DNA of 64,000 bases from Eledone cirrhosa (taxonomy: Eukaryota). Position 1 is the stretch's first letter. Every line of letters starts with the position of its first letter. Under the pieces are notes generated by a model. It saw only the letters and a list, made by a program, of their open reading frames with translations. It was not told the DNA's origin and did not search any database. Shown in pieces: positions 62,805-64,000 of the stretch. The DNA is taken from positions 63,054,001-63,118,000 of the forward strand of contig OZ024744.1 in NCBI GenBank assembly GCA_964016885.1, written 5' to 3'. A program made the translations under genes and the position numbers.

Positions 62805-64000
62805 TATCATCATCATCATCATCGTTTAACGTCTATCTTCCACGCTAGCATGGGTTTAGATGGGAATTGTCCCACTTGAGGCAAGATTGGTTGTCTTGCT
62901 CATATAGGACTGTCTGGCAGGTTTTCTACGGCTGGATGCCCTTCCTAACACCAACCACGTTTACAGTGTGGACTGGGAGGTTTTTACCGTGTTATCTACA
63001 CGGCCACATTACAGCGTGGACTGTGTGTTTTTTTTTTGTTGTGACACCTACACGATCTCATTTATTTTGGACTGGATGTTGTGGTACCAACATAACTTTA
63101 CAGAGAAAGGGTGGTGTTGGTGGGAGTAGGAGGGTGGAGTAGGAGTAGTGGGATGGGGTGTATATTTGGTTAAGAGGTGCCTACTGACTAGGTTTCGCTT
63201 TATACATAGGCAAGGCGGGTTTTGTGTATTACTGCGTAGTGCCAAAGATCTCGGTCCAGTGACATTGTCTTAGAGAGGTGTAAGTGTGTAAGGTCGGAAT
63301 TTATTAAATCGTCCCAGGTTTTTCTGGGTCTACCTACTCCGTAGCTACCATCAATTTTGATCGCCCTGCACTTTTTTATACAGCTGTCGTCTTTCATGCG
63401 TATCACGTGACCATACCAACGTAGTCTTCTCTTGAGTAAACAGCATCTGATCCCTCTTATTCCTAATTTCTCACTTAGTTCGTTTATGCTTTGCCGTTCA
63501 CGTATATTACTATTACACATCCAGCGGAGCATGCAAGCTTCGTTTCTCTCCAGTCTGCGTATATCCTCTGCACACAATGCCCATGTCTCACTGCCATGTA
63601 ACATTGCTGTTCGTATACAGGCATCATACAATCTGCCTTTCATTTTTAGAGAGAACCCTTTAGTGGCCAATAGTGGTATAAGCTCTCTGAACTTTTTCCA
63701 TCCAGTTCTGACTCTAGCTACTGTACTTTCAGAGCACCCTCCCCCACTGCTGATTTTGTCACCCAGGTAACGGAAGGTGTCCACTATTTCTATAGAACCA
63801 TCTGTGCAATGGAATGAGCTAGTATTCTGTGGGCTCTTGCTGCTACTTATTGCACCTGAGCACCGGCTACATATAAAGTCTATGTTCTTAGATAGCTTAC
63901 CTGTGATCCCACTACATCTTTTATGTACCCATAGATTGCATTTTGGACATAAAATGGAATTTCTGCCTATGCCTATTCCTTTCCTACACACTGAGCATGG
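62805..64000 (-). mobile_element. RTE LINE 3' part with 3' UTR, running off the window end
   Basis: ORF 63200-63991 (C..C..WVHKRC, FRYLGD, MLHGSETW, RLRWYGHV) is intact over 263 aa; same family as 53350-54845. Confidence 0.93.

Overview
AT-rich, microsatellite-dense eukaryotic (animal) DNA. The repeat families and SINE tails look like a coleoid cephalopod such as Octopus (inference). Positions 1-48,000 are mostly decayed transposable elements: RTE, Vingi-like, CR1/L2-like, R4/Dong-like and CRE-like non-LTR retrotransposons, several Penelope-like elements (PLEs), non-autonomous Helitrons, MITEs and tRNA-SINEs, many inserted in or beside (TA)n, (CA)n or (TATG)n tracts. From 48,522 on the + strand, nine phase-compatible exons encode the N-terminal ~440 aa of a cramped/CRAMP1 homologue; the gene continues past the last exon I can resolve, and one of its introns is U12-type. 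The most interesting non-coding signals are: (1) several hammerhead ribozymes in PLE terminal repeats, including a four-copy family with a CAGAAGA core variant; (2) short fold-back inverted duplications at two independent PLE 5' truncation junctions; (3) a ~600-bp non-autonomous RTE derivative with a candidate HDV-like ribozyme head and an RTE zinc-finger/3' hairpin tail, stacked in (TATG)n tracts. Most ORFs in the supplied track are microsatellite or antisense artefacts. TE boundaries are approximate unless a terminal motif is quoted.
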